DNA of 64,000 bases, taken from Kondoa subrosea (taxonomy: Eukaryota). Below, one piece after another: positions 39,242-52,638 of this stretch. The DNA lies in assembly GCA_039545335.1 (NCBI GenBank), contig BCIN01000001.1, positions 186,001 to 250,000 of the forward strand. The letters are read 5' to 3'. The translations under genes were made by a program, and so were the position numbers. The notes under the pieces were generated by a model. That model saw only the letters and a list, made by a program, of their open reading frames with translations. It had not been told where the DNA came from and ran no database searches. Within the stretch, counting starts at the first letter, position 1; each line of letters opens with the position of its first letter.

Positions 39242-41945
39242 TCACTTCAACCTGAATTGCTTCAACAGAACGTCCGCATCTTCAAATTGCTTGTAAAGCT
39301 CAGGTGCTATCGCGCTTTCAGCTTTCAAGACTTTGACGGCGCTGCAAACCTGTTTCCCGAAAATGAAAAAAAAGGTCCCGATCAGTTTCTCGACGCCTTG
39401 AAATCCACGGAAATAACGCGTGAATGACTGACCGTATCCCAGAACCTAAAACCTCTCTCGAGTTCTCCCTTGACGTTTCTCACGCTTGCACCAAATGGTT
39501 GATCCAACATTTCGACCGCAGCTTCTTTCAGTTCATTCCCTTGTTCTCCAGTCATTCCGCCAGGAACTTGTAAACTCATATGCCTGACCGCGTCGCAATA
39601 GCCTTTCACTACAATACCCATTCCTGTTGAGGTATCGGATTGGAAAGGTAAACTGAGTGCAATGTCGAGGTAATCTTCTCTAGACCGACGTGCATCCGCT
39701 CGGAGAAGCATATGGGCTGTTGTCGCTTCCACCAAAGCGCGAATTGAACGACTAAGAGCGCGTAGGAAAGAGTTGAAAACTAGTAATTCGCGTGAAAGAG
39801 GTCCTGTCCAGGCTGCGGTCTGTTCGTAAGGATAAAGGCCGATCAGTAACGCAGACTGAGCGACCTGTAACTTGACGAACCGTTGTAGTGATTTGTACTA
39901 TACTTGTGACTCTCAGAACAAGTAGCATGCTTTTCTGATCCGCGTCTGCGCCTCGTATATCAGCTCGTTCTACTAGCAACTACGTAATAACTCACCTGAA
40001 CCATAGTTCGGACCTCCAGACAAGATCTTGCCGCCAAACTTGCCTGCGTGAAGTACATTGGCTCGAAGCAGTTCCAAAGCCAAATACAGAGGTTCTTGAA
40101 ATTTATCGTTGACTCTTGCTTCTTGCAAGGAAAGGTATAGCGCTTTAGCGTGCGCTGTATGGTTGTGCGATGAATTCAGGAAACCGCGGAGTTCAAGGAA
40201 GCGCCATAGAGTATTAGCTACGATTTCATCCTTTTTCTCCAATACCTGTACGCGCGATTACAACTGTTCAGGCTGTGTGGTAGCCAGATTGAGGTAGACT
40301 ACGTACGCGAGCTGCTTTGGGTGTTCGAGTTTGGCCAGCAAGCTTCGAATTTTGCGTAGCACCCAGACAGAGCGCAAGATCGATCGTCGAAGACTATACC
40401 AAACATTCTTATCAAGTTTTCTAGTGCGACGAAGAGCACGTCACTCACATTCTGCCTGCTCAGATTTTCTTCAATTATACCCAAGCTCACATTCCAACTG
40501 TTGACTCTTTGCACTACACTGGTCGTTGACGCTGAATTGTGCGGGATAGTAGATTGATTTCCTTGACCGCTTTCAAAGTAGTAAACCCCAACCTGTAAGC
40601 AATACCGGTGCTGTATCAGTCTTGAGACTGAAGCTTAGGTAGCACTACGTACCACTTGTCTTTTACCCCAGAATGGATTCAGAACAGAACTCAACAACCC
40701 TAAAGCAACACATCTTGGACCTTGTGGATGTTCCGTCAAAGTTTCCTTCAAGAATCGTTTGTAATCATCTGTTGCTCCAGTGCATAACGGAGGTTCGTCT
40801 ACCCAAAATCCACTAGCCAAAGCATCTAAAGCAGTCGTTCCAAACAAGCCTCTCCATAATTGGAAATAGATTTCGTCCGGTAAACGATGAGAGAAGACGT
40901 CGTGTAAATCAGAAGGGATGTCTGATCCAGTAGTAGTAGAAGGTGTGGTAGGGAAAGCTAGAGAAAGAGGTAGGACTTTGCCTGGATCTTCACCTGCTGA
41001 TAAAACTAGCGAGAACTTGATGAGTGATCGAGCTCGAGTGAAGAGTTCGGTGTAGGAAACGGCTTTGACTAAAGGATTCGTTTCGCTGTATTGTAAGACT
41101 GCTGGAAGACCGGATCGGAATTGTTGTATAATGCTGTGCGCCGCGCGGAAAGAAAAGTCATGGGGCATGAAGATGGGGAAAGTCGGACAGTGATCGAAGC
41201 CTGCCAAGAGACCTAGGTCGAGGAATTGATCAGAAGTAAGATTGAGGTCGCGCAGAATGTCGGCCTTTTGTACAAAGGTGAAAGTTGCATTGGTCCAGTT
41301 GATAGAGAGGATAACTCGTTCTGCGCCTTCGAAGAGAAGAAGTTCATTGCTTGCGAAACTGCCGTGGACATATGACTTGGCATGGCGTTCGAGGTAGACC
41401 AGCTGTAACACTACATAAGCAGAAGCTCTGCTATGCTACATTAAGCAACTTGCCTGAGCTGAAGCCAAATAAGGTGCTGTCATGAATTCGGTATTGCGAT
41501 GCTTGAACTTCCTGTGAACAAAGCGCAGGATATCCTTGTAGGTTGTGCTGGACCCAGCGCTGAAGTTCATGGTAGCCTGTTCTATCCGTCCCTTCTCGTA
41601 ATGTTCCCAAGCCAGCTGCCTCTTGCTAGGTTTCTGAGCGACCTCATCTGTATTGCTCAGAGGCTTCTCACGCTGCCTAACACCTAGACCAGAGAAGACA
41701 AAGATTGGTTTGATCTTGTTGACTTCGAGCGTTCGCAGATGTTCCTCTATTTTCCCTCCCAGCGCAGAAGGTACACCTCCTAAGGCATTGACGTTTGGCT
41801 CCTTGGTAGCAGGATCAGACAACAGCAAGTCGATGTAATGGCCAGCATCAATGCCGAGACGAGTCTGAGAGAGCGCGGATAATGGCAGCTCGCGTATCAA
41901 TTGTCGCTCTGAAAGGTATTGGTGCAGCTGGAAGATGCCGACCAT
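39242..41945 (-). CDS. MKT1: Mkt1-like post-transcriptional regulator (XPG/PIN fold)
   Basis: TRLGIDA, ALGGVP, PIFVFSGL, TAPYLASAQ/LVYL, DVFSHRLPDEIYF, ANTLWRFLELRGF, EPLYLALELLR, LSLPF...TGMGIVVK, LERGFRFWD. Confidence 0.88.
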
Positions 41946-42162
41946 GTCTGCGGCCTCTATGGTGTCTCAAGAACAAGCAGAGAGCCAATGCGGGACCTTA
42001 AACTTATTAACGTGCTTGGGCAACTATATCAGGTATATTAGGTAAGCTCTGATTCGCTTCAGTGACTGTAAGCCTCTGAGGACGCTGTCTTGCGAGAAAT
42101 CGATGATGGTACATGAAAATGTACAGTAGAAGGAAATGATCTTCTTGGACAATACAACCTCT

Positions 42163-45100
42163 CTAGAAATCCAACCCATCTTTAATCTTCTTGTACTTCT
42201 TGGGTCGACCTGGTCCTGCTGTACTTTTGTGTTTACGTGGCTTCTTTTCAGGTGAAGGTTCGTCAATCCAGATGATTCTGACAGATAATTTTCAGCTTTC
42301 GGGATCAGTATCGCAAACACCGTTACTGACGTTTCGAAAGCCACAACGTCATCGCATTCCGCGTATCTGAAGAACGGTTCCGCATAATCTGTCTGATCCA
42401 AATCGAACCATTGGACAGTCGAGTCCGTGTCTCTTGATTGGATAAGAATACGTCTTGAATCGGTTGTCCAGTTTTCGCTTCTGTTGCAAAACTCAGTACT
42501 GGGTGATAGAGTTCAACAGAGGAACACTGACCGCTCAAATCTGCGAACTAGACTGCCAATAGAGATGCTTCGATCGACTGTAGAGTATATTGAAACCTCA
42601 TCAATGCAATAGCACAACAACTCACCTTCAATGGGACGAATCGCATCTTCACCCTCAATCATGATCGACAAGTGATACGCCCTGATCGGCATCACATCTG
42701 CGAGCGATTGAGCAACAACATCTTTTACGAGGTTTTGACTTACAGAAATCGGTAGCTCCCGTAGCGAAACTTGTGTAATCATTGAGCTACGCATCACAAC
42801 ATGAGCTGCCGTATGCAGAACCATAAGGTTCAACGTACCATATCTGTATTGAAAGAATCGTGTTTGCCATGTAACAGAAAATGATCAACAGGGTTCAGAT
42901 TCATTCCTTTAGGCGCTACTTCCGCCAGCCGATCAAAGATGGAGAGAAGTGTAAGCGGGTATTCCATCGCAACTAATTTCTTCCTAAGTATGTGACTAGC
43001 GCAGATGTATTGAGACTCACCTTTAATCAGCCAATGATAATCGCCAAAATGTATCTTGAGTTGCTGCAATTTGCTGTCATCCCGGTTCGGTCTGCCAGAC
43101 ACCCATCACTTAGTTAGTTCGAAGCATATAATGAAGAGGCTCACTTCTTTGTACGGCATGTCACGGTAAGCGCTGGTTCAATATCAAGACTATCGAGTCT
43201 AACATCGGCTGCCAACAATTGACCGCATTCGGCCATAATCTTGATATCTTCGGGCCGGGGTGATTTGACTAATTCGATTGACGAGTGACTTGTCAAAGCT
43301 GCGATTTGCATCTGAATGTCGCCAATGGTCTGTGATCGTGGATCAAATACTGTCAAGATATCAGAATATAGATACATCGTAGCTTTAGATCAGACACCCA
43401 CGAGACATAGGGAGTGGACATCGGCGCCAAACAAAGACAAGTTGACCAACAGGTCGTTTGCGCTTCCTACCGATGTTGCTCGTTTCCAGTGCACTCTTCA
43501 AATCATGGTTTGCTAGAGTCGCGACTTCTAAAGACGCTTGTTGCTGTCTGGATGATGAAGGAGAAGTTACTGCCGGCATAGATAGATTTTTAGCTGAAGA
43601 GGAGAAGAATTTCATCTGTTGAAACTGCGGATCGATGATGGGTGCTGGCGGTTCTTGCTTGACAACAGGTACTATTGGCGGTGCAGAGTAAGCAGCAAGG
43701 CTTGGCGCTGGAGGAAGCCTTGATGTCGACGCAACAGCTACGTACATTCAACCTCAGCCAATCGATCGCCTGCGTCTATGCAGGAAGACGTACGTTGTAC
43801 AGGTTGAGCAACATCAGCGGATTGTACTGCCTGAGCTCGAGGAAAGGGGTTGGAGGGCGTAATAGACGTCAAGATACTGCGCAGTCATGTTAGCGAGATT
43901 GGAAGCTGGTAGTAAGATATGGCTGACGTTTCGAAGGTAATCTCAGAGTTGTCCGATGCGTATCGGAACAGAGGCTCTACTGGACTACGTTCATCTAGAT
44001 CGTACCATCTGAAAGTACCGTCCGTTTCGTCAGAGGCTTTGACAAGGATGCGCTTCGAATGTCTCGGCCAATTCTCGGTCCTACTCGAAGTCATACTGGA
44101 AGTGAGAACGTTGAAAAGACACTCACTCTTCAAATTGCCTGATAAAGCTGCCAATCGAGATGTTGCGGTCGACTACATTGTTTCATTTCAATCATAGAAG
44201 TCAGGCTAACAAATATTGTCTTACCTTCCACGGAACGAGGTTCTGCTCCATTGTTACTCACCACTCTCAAGCAGTAAGGTTTCAACGGGAGCACATCTTG
44301 AGCTAAATCAGAAAGGAACACAAAGACAAAGTACAATGATGAAACTCACAGAAATCAGTAGAACCATTTTGAAAGATTTCTTTGTAATCATAGAGCTATA
44401 TGATCGAGTCAGCCAAATAATTGCTGAATACGATCGAGGAGGCAAACCATTTCAGCGTTAAAGACATCATTTTGTCCATTCAGTAGGTAGTGATCGTGAG
44501 GATTGAGGTTCAAATGTGGTGCGACTTCTGCCATACGATCAAAGATACTCAAGATGGGAGCAGGGTGAGCAGTAGCGACTGCAATAGACCAAGATTGGCC
44601 TTGGAAGTGAACTGTCAGTTGTTGTGTTGTGGTGGTATTGCCAGGTCTGTGAGTTTGTCGCATTAGAGAGAACGAGGTCGGAATAATACCGTGGAACGAA
44701 CCGCTTGGTACGACAAGTAACAGTGAAGTCGTGCTGTTCGCCAATGAAGCTATCGAGCCTTTCAGCCGGATTGCATACCCGACCGCATTCCGCCATGATG
44801 TATATCAACTCCGGAAGAGGTTCAGTAACAAAGCAAAGTTGTTTGTGATCAGTCAGTGCAGCTATCTGCACAGCAATATCTCCTATTGTCGTCGATCGTG
44901 CGTCGAAAAGCGATAAAGCTAGAGGCATTTGGCGCCAAACGAAAATGAGACCTTTCTGGAAGCCTGGTTTGTAATTCTTCTTCGTGATGGATGCTTGTCC
45001 TGTAACAAATGATTTGAAGACCCTCTTCAGCGGTCTGTTGTGCTGAACTGCTTGCGCCAATGGTGCTGTAGCCACAGTTGGTGCTGAAGGCGCCAAAGCA

Positions 45101-46027
45101 CAAGTGCAGGTAGGTCCGTGCGAATGGTGTGTTCTGGATGCTTTAGTAGGTAATTGTTGAGCGACATTGAATAGATTGGTTGCTACTGCTTGGGACACAT
45201 CTGTAGGTAGAGCTGAGGTAGAAGCAACAGCTGCCAGCGATATGTCAGATTCTGATTTAGTCTTTCAGTCAATTATTAGGCTCACCCGCTGACGATGGAG
45301 CACTAGTTGAAGTCGACCTAGACGATTTTGTTGTCGAAGAAGAGCTCGAAGAAGAAGAAGAAGAAGAAGAGGTTGAAGAGGAAGAACCAGATCTGTTTGA
45401 GCCAGCGACGGGTAGAAAGGCTGAAGGGATCGGTAATGATGAAGTGCTTGCAACAGAGACTGGTGATTTGTGTAACTTGAAAGAAAGTGTGCGTCGAGGA
45501 GATGAAGCTTGTTCCAGTTTGACTTGGACGGGAGCGGACAATTCAGAAGTAGCTGGAACTGCTGCAGCAAGACGGGGAGAAAGACTGGAAGGAGGAGTTG
45601 GATAAGTATTAGAAGCAGAAGCAGAAGCGGCAGGGGTTTGTTGAGCTGAATCCAAAGGTAGAGGTTTCGGCGGCTTCAAAACGATAAAGAGCTCTGTTTC
45701 TGGCTTGAGCTGAGCGAGAGCAGAAGTGAGCACCACAATTCGTTTTCCATTGACCTCTTGCTGTAGACGGTAATCTGTTGCACGGCCAGGCAGCTGGAGA
45801 CCTATGATCATGCAAACAGATGAGACGTTGTCAATTGATGCAGCAGGAATGAATAGCTAGCGAACCTTCGACTGCAAATTGTGTAGCTCGAATGAGTGTT
45901 TGTGCTGGGCCTACAGACTCAGAAACTCACCTGCTTCGGCCAGTAGGGATGTAACTGTGGTCTTCTTTTTGTCAATCCCAAGTTGAGCGGATCCATACTG
46001 GTCGTGTGTGAGAGTCAGCAGTCCCAT
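42163..46027 (-). CDS. Uncharacterised multi-exon protein with an internally duplicated ~250-300 aa module (possibly ubiquitin-like subdomains) and a C-terminal AT-hook-like motif
   Basis: GT-AG splicing gives a plausible single gene from MGLLTLTHD (46027) to ..GPGRPKKYKKIKDGLDF (42163), with two homologous blocks at ~43920-44960 and ~42330-43450. Some internal junctions were not resolved. Confidence 0.7.
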
Positions 46028-46287
46028 CCTGCTCCTTTCTTCGTGCTTGACAGATTAAGAGCTGGCTTTCGATGTCTCAAAGCAAGAAAAAATAACAATA
46101 GACGGTCCTGCTAATAGTGCGGGGTAATAATGCAGTATGTACCAAAGCTGCAAGTGTCTTGCCAGCAGGGTGCAATAGCATCTAGAAGAGCAGTATCCTC
46201 TCCCGTGATCATTAGAATGTAATGCATTATATGGTACATTTTCAGACCGCAGCGCAACTGAACGACTCTTTTGAATTTCGATTCGTC

Positions 46288-47635
46288 TTAGCTCTTCTGC
46301 TTATACTCTATGAAGATTTTCTTGAACACTATCAATATGAATTATAAATTCATCAGCATCTCGACCATTCTCAACTAATAAAGAGACAACTCACATTCAT
46401 ACGATAACCAACATATCGCGTTCGAAGGTGTATGAACCATAACTCTCGGTGTCAAACCTCTAAAGAAACCTCTAGCACCTTCCCTTTGCCAAATAATGCT
46501 GGCAGCATCTTTCATTCCATTCGCTTTTCGAATAATCGCATCATCTGAACTTCCTCTCGTTTGCAACAAAGTCTTGCACACGTCTAATGGGTTCGTGAAG
46601 GCTGAAGCGAGAGCGCCAGCTAATCCGCCTGAAATCATATGCGTCGCTGGTGAATAAGAATTGGAGGGATTGAGTATCGCTTTGGCGTATTCATAGACTG
46701 TGAATTGAACGGCAGTAAAAGGTACGGTCATGGCTGCAATTCAGAGCCGTACGTAAGCACAAAGATTGCCTGAATGGAGCTTCTCACGCACTTAGTGTTG
46801 TAGGGTAAGATAACCAGAATGCTCCTAATCCTTCTTGCGCATAGACTTTCTGAAAGGTAGATGCTACTGTTCTCGATGTTGCATTGTGTAATTGTAGCCG
46901 TTGTTTGACCACTGTAAGTCAAATAGCTCTCGAATGAGCGATGCAAATTGGCAAATGAAGGGCTTGACTTACCGTCAAAGGGATTCATAAGCGCATCTGA
47001 CGCTATTGTTGCTGATGCACCAGCGATTGCTATTCAATCATCAATTCGATTCATTCTGATGCATGCGGGTGATGCTCACCTGTCGAAGTAAATTGATGTC
47101 CTGCGTTGTTTCCTCCCGTAGCATGCTTCACAGCTTCATACGTCCCTACATCACACTCATTCATCAGCTCTCTTCACTTTATTTCATACCTTTGCTGGGA
47201 ACCTTACCGAAATAAACAGCATGCGCCGGACCAGCTCCCATAATCACACTTCCTACTCCACGCCATAATCGTTTCGCACCTTCTTGTGCAGAAATAGTAG
47301 AAAAAGCATTCGTCACTCCAGAATAAATAGCTTGAGGTTGAGTAGTATAAACTTGCATTCGAGTCTGCCGTAATCATTCGTAATCAGCTTCCATTCGAAT
47401 TGGTCGAGAGTATAAAGAGGATCACGGACTTTGATTGAATCTATTGGAAACATTACTGTATGTTCTGAGATACCAGCTAAAGCGCCAGCCAACATATTCA
47501 CTCCAACTTTATAAGAACAGCAGCATGTAAATTTTGCGGATTCTAAATAGACTTTGAGGGCAAGAGTCACGAACGTGTTTGACCTTCTAATCCTTCATAC
47601 TCTACTTCTTCAATAGTTTCTATCGCTTGTGCCAT
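46288..47635 (-). CDS. MRS3: Mitochondrial iron carrier (Mrs3/Mrs4, mitoferrin)
   Basis: [92 protein letters not shown]. Confidence 0.96.
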
Positions 47636-48181
47636 GTTTCGGTTAGGAATTGAAAGTCGAGATTTTCTAGGGTGATGTAACGAAAGACCGGACTGCTTTG
47701 ATTGACCAGCTACTTGAGTGGAGGATGCAAGCCGTAGTGATCAGATAAAGGGTACAGCAGTAGTACAGCTCTGGCAGTAGTAGGGCTGTTCGAGATGTGA
47801 TGCGAACAAGAATTTCTGATTGCGAGTGATCGATTGGACGAGGGAATTGTCCGGTCAGGATATACACCAAGCGAATAGCACAGTCTCTGTGAGCACAATG
47901 GTATTATCCAATCGGTGATCTGCGCAAAGCCTGGGCGGGATGTGGAGCAAGACAACCCAGAGGCGTTTTTAAACATTGCAGGAAAAAAATGTGACATGTG
48001 ATTGTCAAGAATCACAGATGACGAGACTCCTGGCTAGATTGTGTATACAGGAAGACAAATGGAAGGAGCATAAATCATGCATTTTGTATTTTCGTCTTCC
48101 CTTGATTGGCAGAACTAATAAGCCAATCTACAGGGTCTACTCTAGGTGTCCGGGATATCTGATGATGACATTCTTGGCAGA

Positions 48182-49195
48182 TTAGTCCTGTTTGTGTTGT
48201 TTCGCGAATCGATCGTGTTCTTCAATATTTCTCGATTCCCACTAAAGACAGAGAAGTTAGCGTACTTCGAAACTCCAGACTGAGCAGTTTACAGGATAGT
48301 TGATCCTATATGTATCGATCAGTGAAGGCGGCATTGAAGTCATCAAATTGACTCACCAGATATCTTCCACATCCTGACCTGAGAAATAATGTACTGAATC
48401 TGGCACTGAACCAAGCTTCTCTTTCAGCTTATTGTGCACTAAATGCATCTTGAGTATCAGAAGACAGAAATACGACATGCAAACAACGTACCAACAAAGA
48501 TCGCGAATTCAGTTTTAGGCATTGAGGCGCGCTTGTCTTCAGGTAGAGCAGCCAATTGTTGATCTATATCTTTCTGAAGTTCCGAGACAGCATATGAGAG
48601 TGTCCTGTCAATGATTCAATTCTTTAGCTAAGCGTACTAGCATGAGAATCGATATCACTGACGTCCGCGAATCATCAACTTCGTCCTGAATAATTAATCA
48701 GACAGGCGAAACTTTGAGGATCAACCGAGCTTACTACTATCAGAATCTTCCTTCCGATGAGCGGTCTGCTCCCTAGTGTACTGAAATCAAGCCATTGAGT
48801 CCTAACTACTTCTTTACCCAATTTCTCTTCAACACCAGTCTCTTCTTCTCCTGTTGTTGTACCCAATTCTTCGTACAATGATAATCCGATAGCTTGAATA
48901 GGAATGTTCTTGCCTCCTTCTGATTTCAAGAAGGTTCGTAGCATTCGAGCGGGGATACTACGTTTTCCATTATAAACAGAAGAACAGAGGTAATAGGAAA
49001 GGCAGGGTGACCGTACAATCCTCCACCTCCAATTGCAACCATCAGATCAGGTTGAAAGTTGGCAAGAATCTTAAGCACACAAAGGGAGACTTAAGAGATT
49101 GGCGACAATTCGAAGCGAAATGGACTTACTTTTGAAGCAGAAGAAGCACATAGCTCATGAATATCGTTGTAGGTCGCGTAGAGCTTGACTACCAT
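48182..49195 (-). CDS. HPT1: Hypoxanthine/xanthine-guanine phosphoribosyltransferase (fungal Hpt1/Xpt1 type)
   Basis: YATYNDIH, PDLMVAIGGGGF/IPARMLRTFLK, IPIQAIGLSLYE, RTQWLD, VDEVDDSRT/TLSYA, HNKLKEK, W/INYP/WES. Confidence 0.94.
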
Positions 49196-49567
49196 CTTGC
49201 AGAAACTGTTGCGGGTCGAGATAAGAAATTTTCGAAAATGTTGTTTGTTCTTGTTCGTCCAAGTCTGATGTCTTTTGGAAGGTTGGGCAACAGATGGCAA
49301 TCATCTGTTATCGCTTTCATGTGGTCATGCGGCTAGCGAGCCATTGCTGGGCTGAATGCGATTGCTTACATATGCACTCAAAATGCTCGAATCTTTGTCT
49401 TGGCTTTACTCTTTCGCTGGCTTTACTGTTCTTATGCTTTGTCTCTTATATTCGATGTGTCAGCCTTTATCTCCCCAGCACGTGCTGTTGGCGCATTACA
49501 TGAGCTTAAGATATTCGTTTGCTCTTCCTCTTCTCGTTCCTTGCCTGTTGTCTTCTTGCATTGCCCT

Positions 49568-50429
49568 ATGCCTCCTCTCACCCTGGACAATCTAACGATG
49601 AACGAAGAAACTCAGTCTGAGAGTTTCAATCACTTCAACGGTTCACCACCTTCTTATGCTACTTCTGAACATTCCAACAATACTGCTGGTCCCGTGGCAT
49701 CTGTACCAACCGACTTCACTCTCAACTCACATTCTGCTGCTGATGCTGCTGCAAACACGAATGGTGCTCATATCGACCCTAAAACGGCTAATGCACAAGA
49801 ACTGGCTGGTCTAATTGGACAAGTCTTCCATCATACTTTCGTCAATCCATCAAGTATAAGTCTTCTCATCGAAGCGGTTACCCACTCTTCCGCTTCTGCT
49901 ACTAAAGAAGGCAATACTCGACATGCGCGAGGAGATCAAGATATTATAGCTGGTGTTGCTGGCGTACAATTATGCAGGAATAATATCAATACAGGTGGTA
50001 CGCATTGATATTGGTCTTAGAATTTATTGACGACTTGTTAATCTGCGATTGTATGGTACAGTCAACGCAACTAGGCAGAAACATAAATTTGCCAATGATC
50101 AAATGGGTCAAATCGCTAGTAATATGAACTTGAGTGACTTCGTTCGCATCAACAATGGGGTGAGTTTTCTCTGGCTCCGCTCTCTTCTCTAGGCTAAAAT
50201 TCAATTGACTAACTCAAGGTTGAAGATGTCACTCTAAAGATGGAAATTGCGCAGCCCCTATTTCTTGAACATGTATCAGGAGATTTGCTAAAGATCTCAC
50301 AGTGTCCTGGAAGCAATCTGTTATGTGATCTTTGAAGATTGCATGTCAGAAGGCGGAGCTGGTCTTGCAGAATTCATAAGTCTTCTGAATAGGTTGGATC
50401 TGTTGTATGTGCCAGAAGCAGAACAATAG
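49568..50429 (+). CDS. Stand-alone degenerate RNase III-fold protein (paralog 1)
   Basis: FHHTFVNP..SLLIEAVTHSS..GNTRHARGDQ, ANDQMGQIASNMNLSDFVRI, TLKMEIA/VLEAICYVIFED..LLNRLDLL. The last junction needs a weak GC-AG intron at 50251-50302. Confidence 0.6.
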
Positions 50430-50555
50430 ATGACAGCAGGGGATCAAGGTTGCACACTTTATTATTAGAAAATCATGCATCAACGATGAGCCAGTATATA
50501 CAGTTTTGGCAGGAAAACCTCTATGGAACGAAAAGAGACAATCACAGCGATCTAT

Positions 50556-51815
50556 TTACACAGCAACACATTTGCCCAGATGAGTCAGGCCAGAAAGGCG
50601 GAAGCCTTCCTTGCATTTCACTGGCAAGACGAGTCAGAGACATACCCGAGACAAACAAAGGCAACAAGACATACGAGCGTGACAATGACCATCGTGACAT
50701 CCAGAGAATAGAACGTTGGGCGCCTGACTGGTTGAGCACGAAGAATGGCAGGCGCCGCAATGATCGAGATCGGTTTTGAGCTGAGGTGCAAGAGCTTTAA
50801 AAGAGTGCCGATACTCAGAAGAGCCCAACTTACATCGACACATTCATGTCCAGCAGATAAAGTGCCATCACCTTTGATCAGAGAGCAAGAACTTTCATTC
50901 TTTCGGGGGCAGGCAGAGCGAATTGATTTCAATGCCAAAGCACGACGAGCTCTTCTGCCTGGTGCGGAGGATCCATAGTTGCCATCGTTACATTGGTAGC
51001 CATTGCTGAGCTTGTAATCGCTGCATTTCCCAATTGCATAGGTGATGACTATGAAAACGGGTCAGAGCGAAGTAATTTTGATCAAAGCAAGACTTACATC
51101 CGTTACCGGCAAGAGAAGCAACTACCGCCGAACTCTTCAGGGTACATTGAACATCACTAGAACCAGTAGAATCGACAGTAGATGTATAGGCGAGGCAACC
51201 CGAATCTGCGTTGCAAGCTTGTTGACAAGCCGAGGCAGAATCAGTTGTCAGAGTCCGGTATTCTGCCATACCGATTTGTTCGAAATAAGGATAGACAGCG
51301 AATCCCCCGTTGTTGCCACAAACAGATTGTGCTAGAGCGCTTGCATCGGAGGAGTAAGAAGAGCAAGAGCCTTTGAAACCGGAAGTGTCTATAGAAGAAA
51401 CGGCATGAGACACAAATGCATAGACATACGACCTCGGGAGCATACAGGCGCTTGTCCTCGACATGTTCGCATCATCGACGGGAGTTGAGCGCATGTAACA
51501 TGTGACAGAGTTTGAGTGATATGCGACAGTGCTAGAACGGTTGATCAGCAACTACGCGATCTTTATATGATACTTTACATACAAAGACTTGCACTCCGTG
51601 TCTTGCTGGCATGCTGTTTCGCAAGCAGCAACAGTTGGTTGGTCGTTTGAAGATATCAGAGCACCGTCATCATCGACGTTGGGGTCTGCGTTGCAACGAA
51701 ATGATGAACAAGGCCCGATGCTGATTGCAAATGACTCACAGTTGGCAAATTGACTTTGAGCTGAACCCGAAACGAAGGCCAATACTGTGATTTTGATAAG
51801 GATTGAAGAGCGCAT
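50556..51815 (-). CDS. Secreted protein with two PAN/apple-like modules plus C-terminal PriA/CPL1-like domain (paralog 1)
   Basis: Signal peptide MRSSILIKITVLAFVSGSAQS; ACETACQQDTEC..CYMRS; ACQQACNADSGCLAYT..CTLKS; PGRRARR; CPRKNESSC..GHECVD..DLDHCGAC..C..SGCHDGHC..CKEGF. Confidence 0.8.
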
Positions 51816-52638
51816 GGCTTGTGGTTGGCGGGATACTAGTAAAGGAATGTAAAGAAGTGGCGCGGCGGGAGTGGATGTAGGAAGCAAAAGAAAAGCAAAA
51901 TGCGTATTTAAATGGGGAAAAAAAAGGAACAGGGCCACACCGACAGGCGGAACGTCATACAGGAAGGCTGCTGCCAAGATCTTGCGGTAACTATTGTGTC
52001 TTTGTAAGACAGCAGCCTTCTGAAAAGGGTAAGGATGAGTTCCAACGCCCTAACGGCGCGAAAAGTGCCTTAGGCACCTGCTCGTGGCCCATCAAGGGCA
52101 ACACAGACGCAATGAACGTTCCAGATGTAGACCGGCTGCGAGACTAGTGATAAGATATAGTAGGAAACGAAACTCGGCATGAAGCGAGAGCGACAAGAAG
52201 CATGCAAAGAAACACTTAGGCCCCAAGAACTTGAAGTAGACAAGTGCGATCTGCCTACGAGAAAGATAGATATAGTGTAGTAGCAAACGACACCACAAGG
52301 GACTTCGCAGGGAACTGGGAGCAAGGCCGGATGAACGAAGATATGAGCAGACTGTCACCGTGCTTTGCGGCTTTTTGGGAAGTCTATCTGTCAAGACGAA
52401 CAGGATAGCTGCAGGGAATTCAGTCGCGCTTGCTCGCGGACGTGTATTCACCCTTTTTCGTTTGGGCGACATGTCAAAGTTACTTAGTAAGCTGCCAAAT
52501 TATTTGAGTCCATGTTCCACGAGAGAAAGTTGGAGAAAGGCCAAAAAGGCATTCGGGAAAGACCCAAGTAATCAGAGTATGCAATATTAGCCCAATTAAT
52601 TATGCACAGTCACACCCTCAATAGAAACCAAAACGCAT

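Noticed and set aside
51820..52630. Intergenic stretch examined for tRNA, snoRNA or a transposon remnant
   Set aside because: No cloverleaf, box motifs, terminal repeats or transposase-like ORF could be supported by eye; a covariance-model search was not possible.
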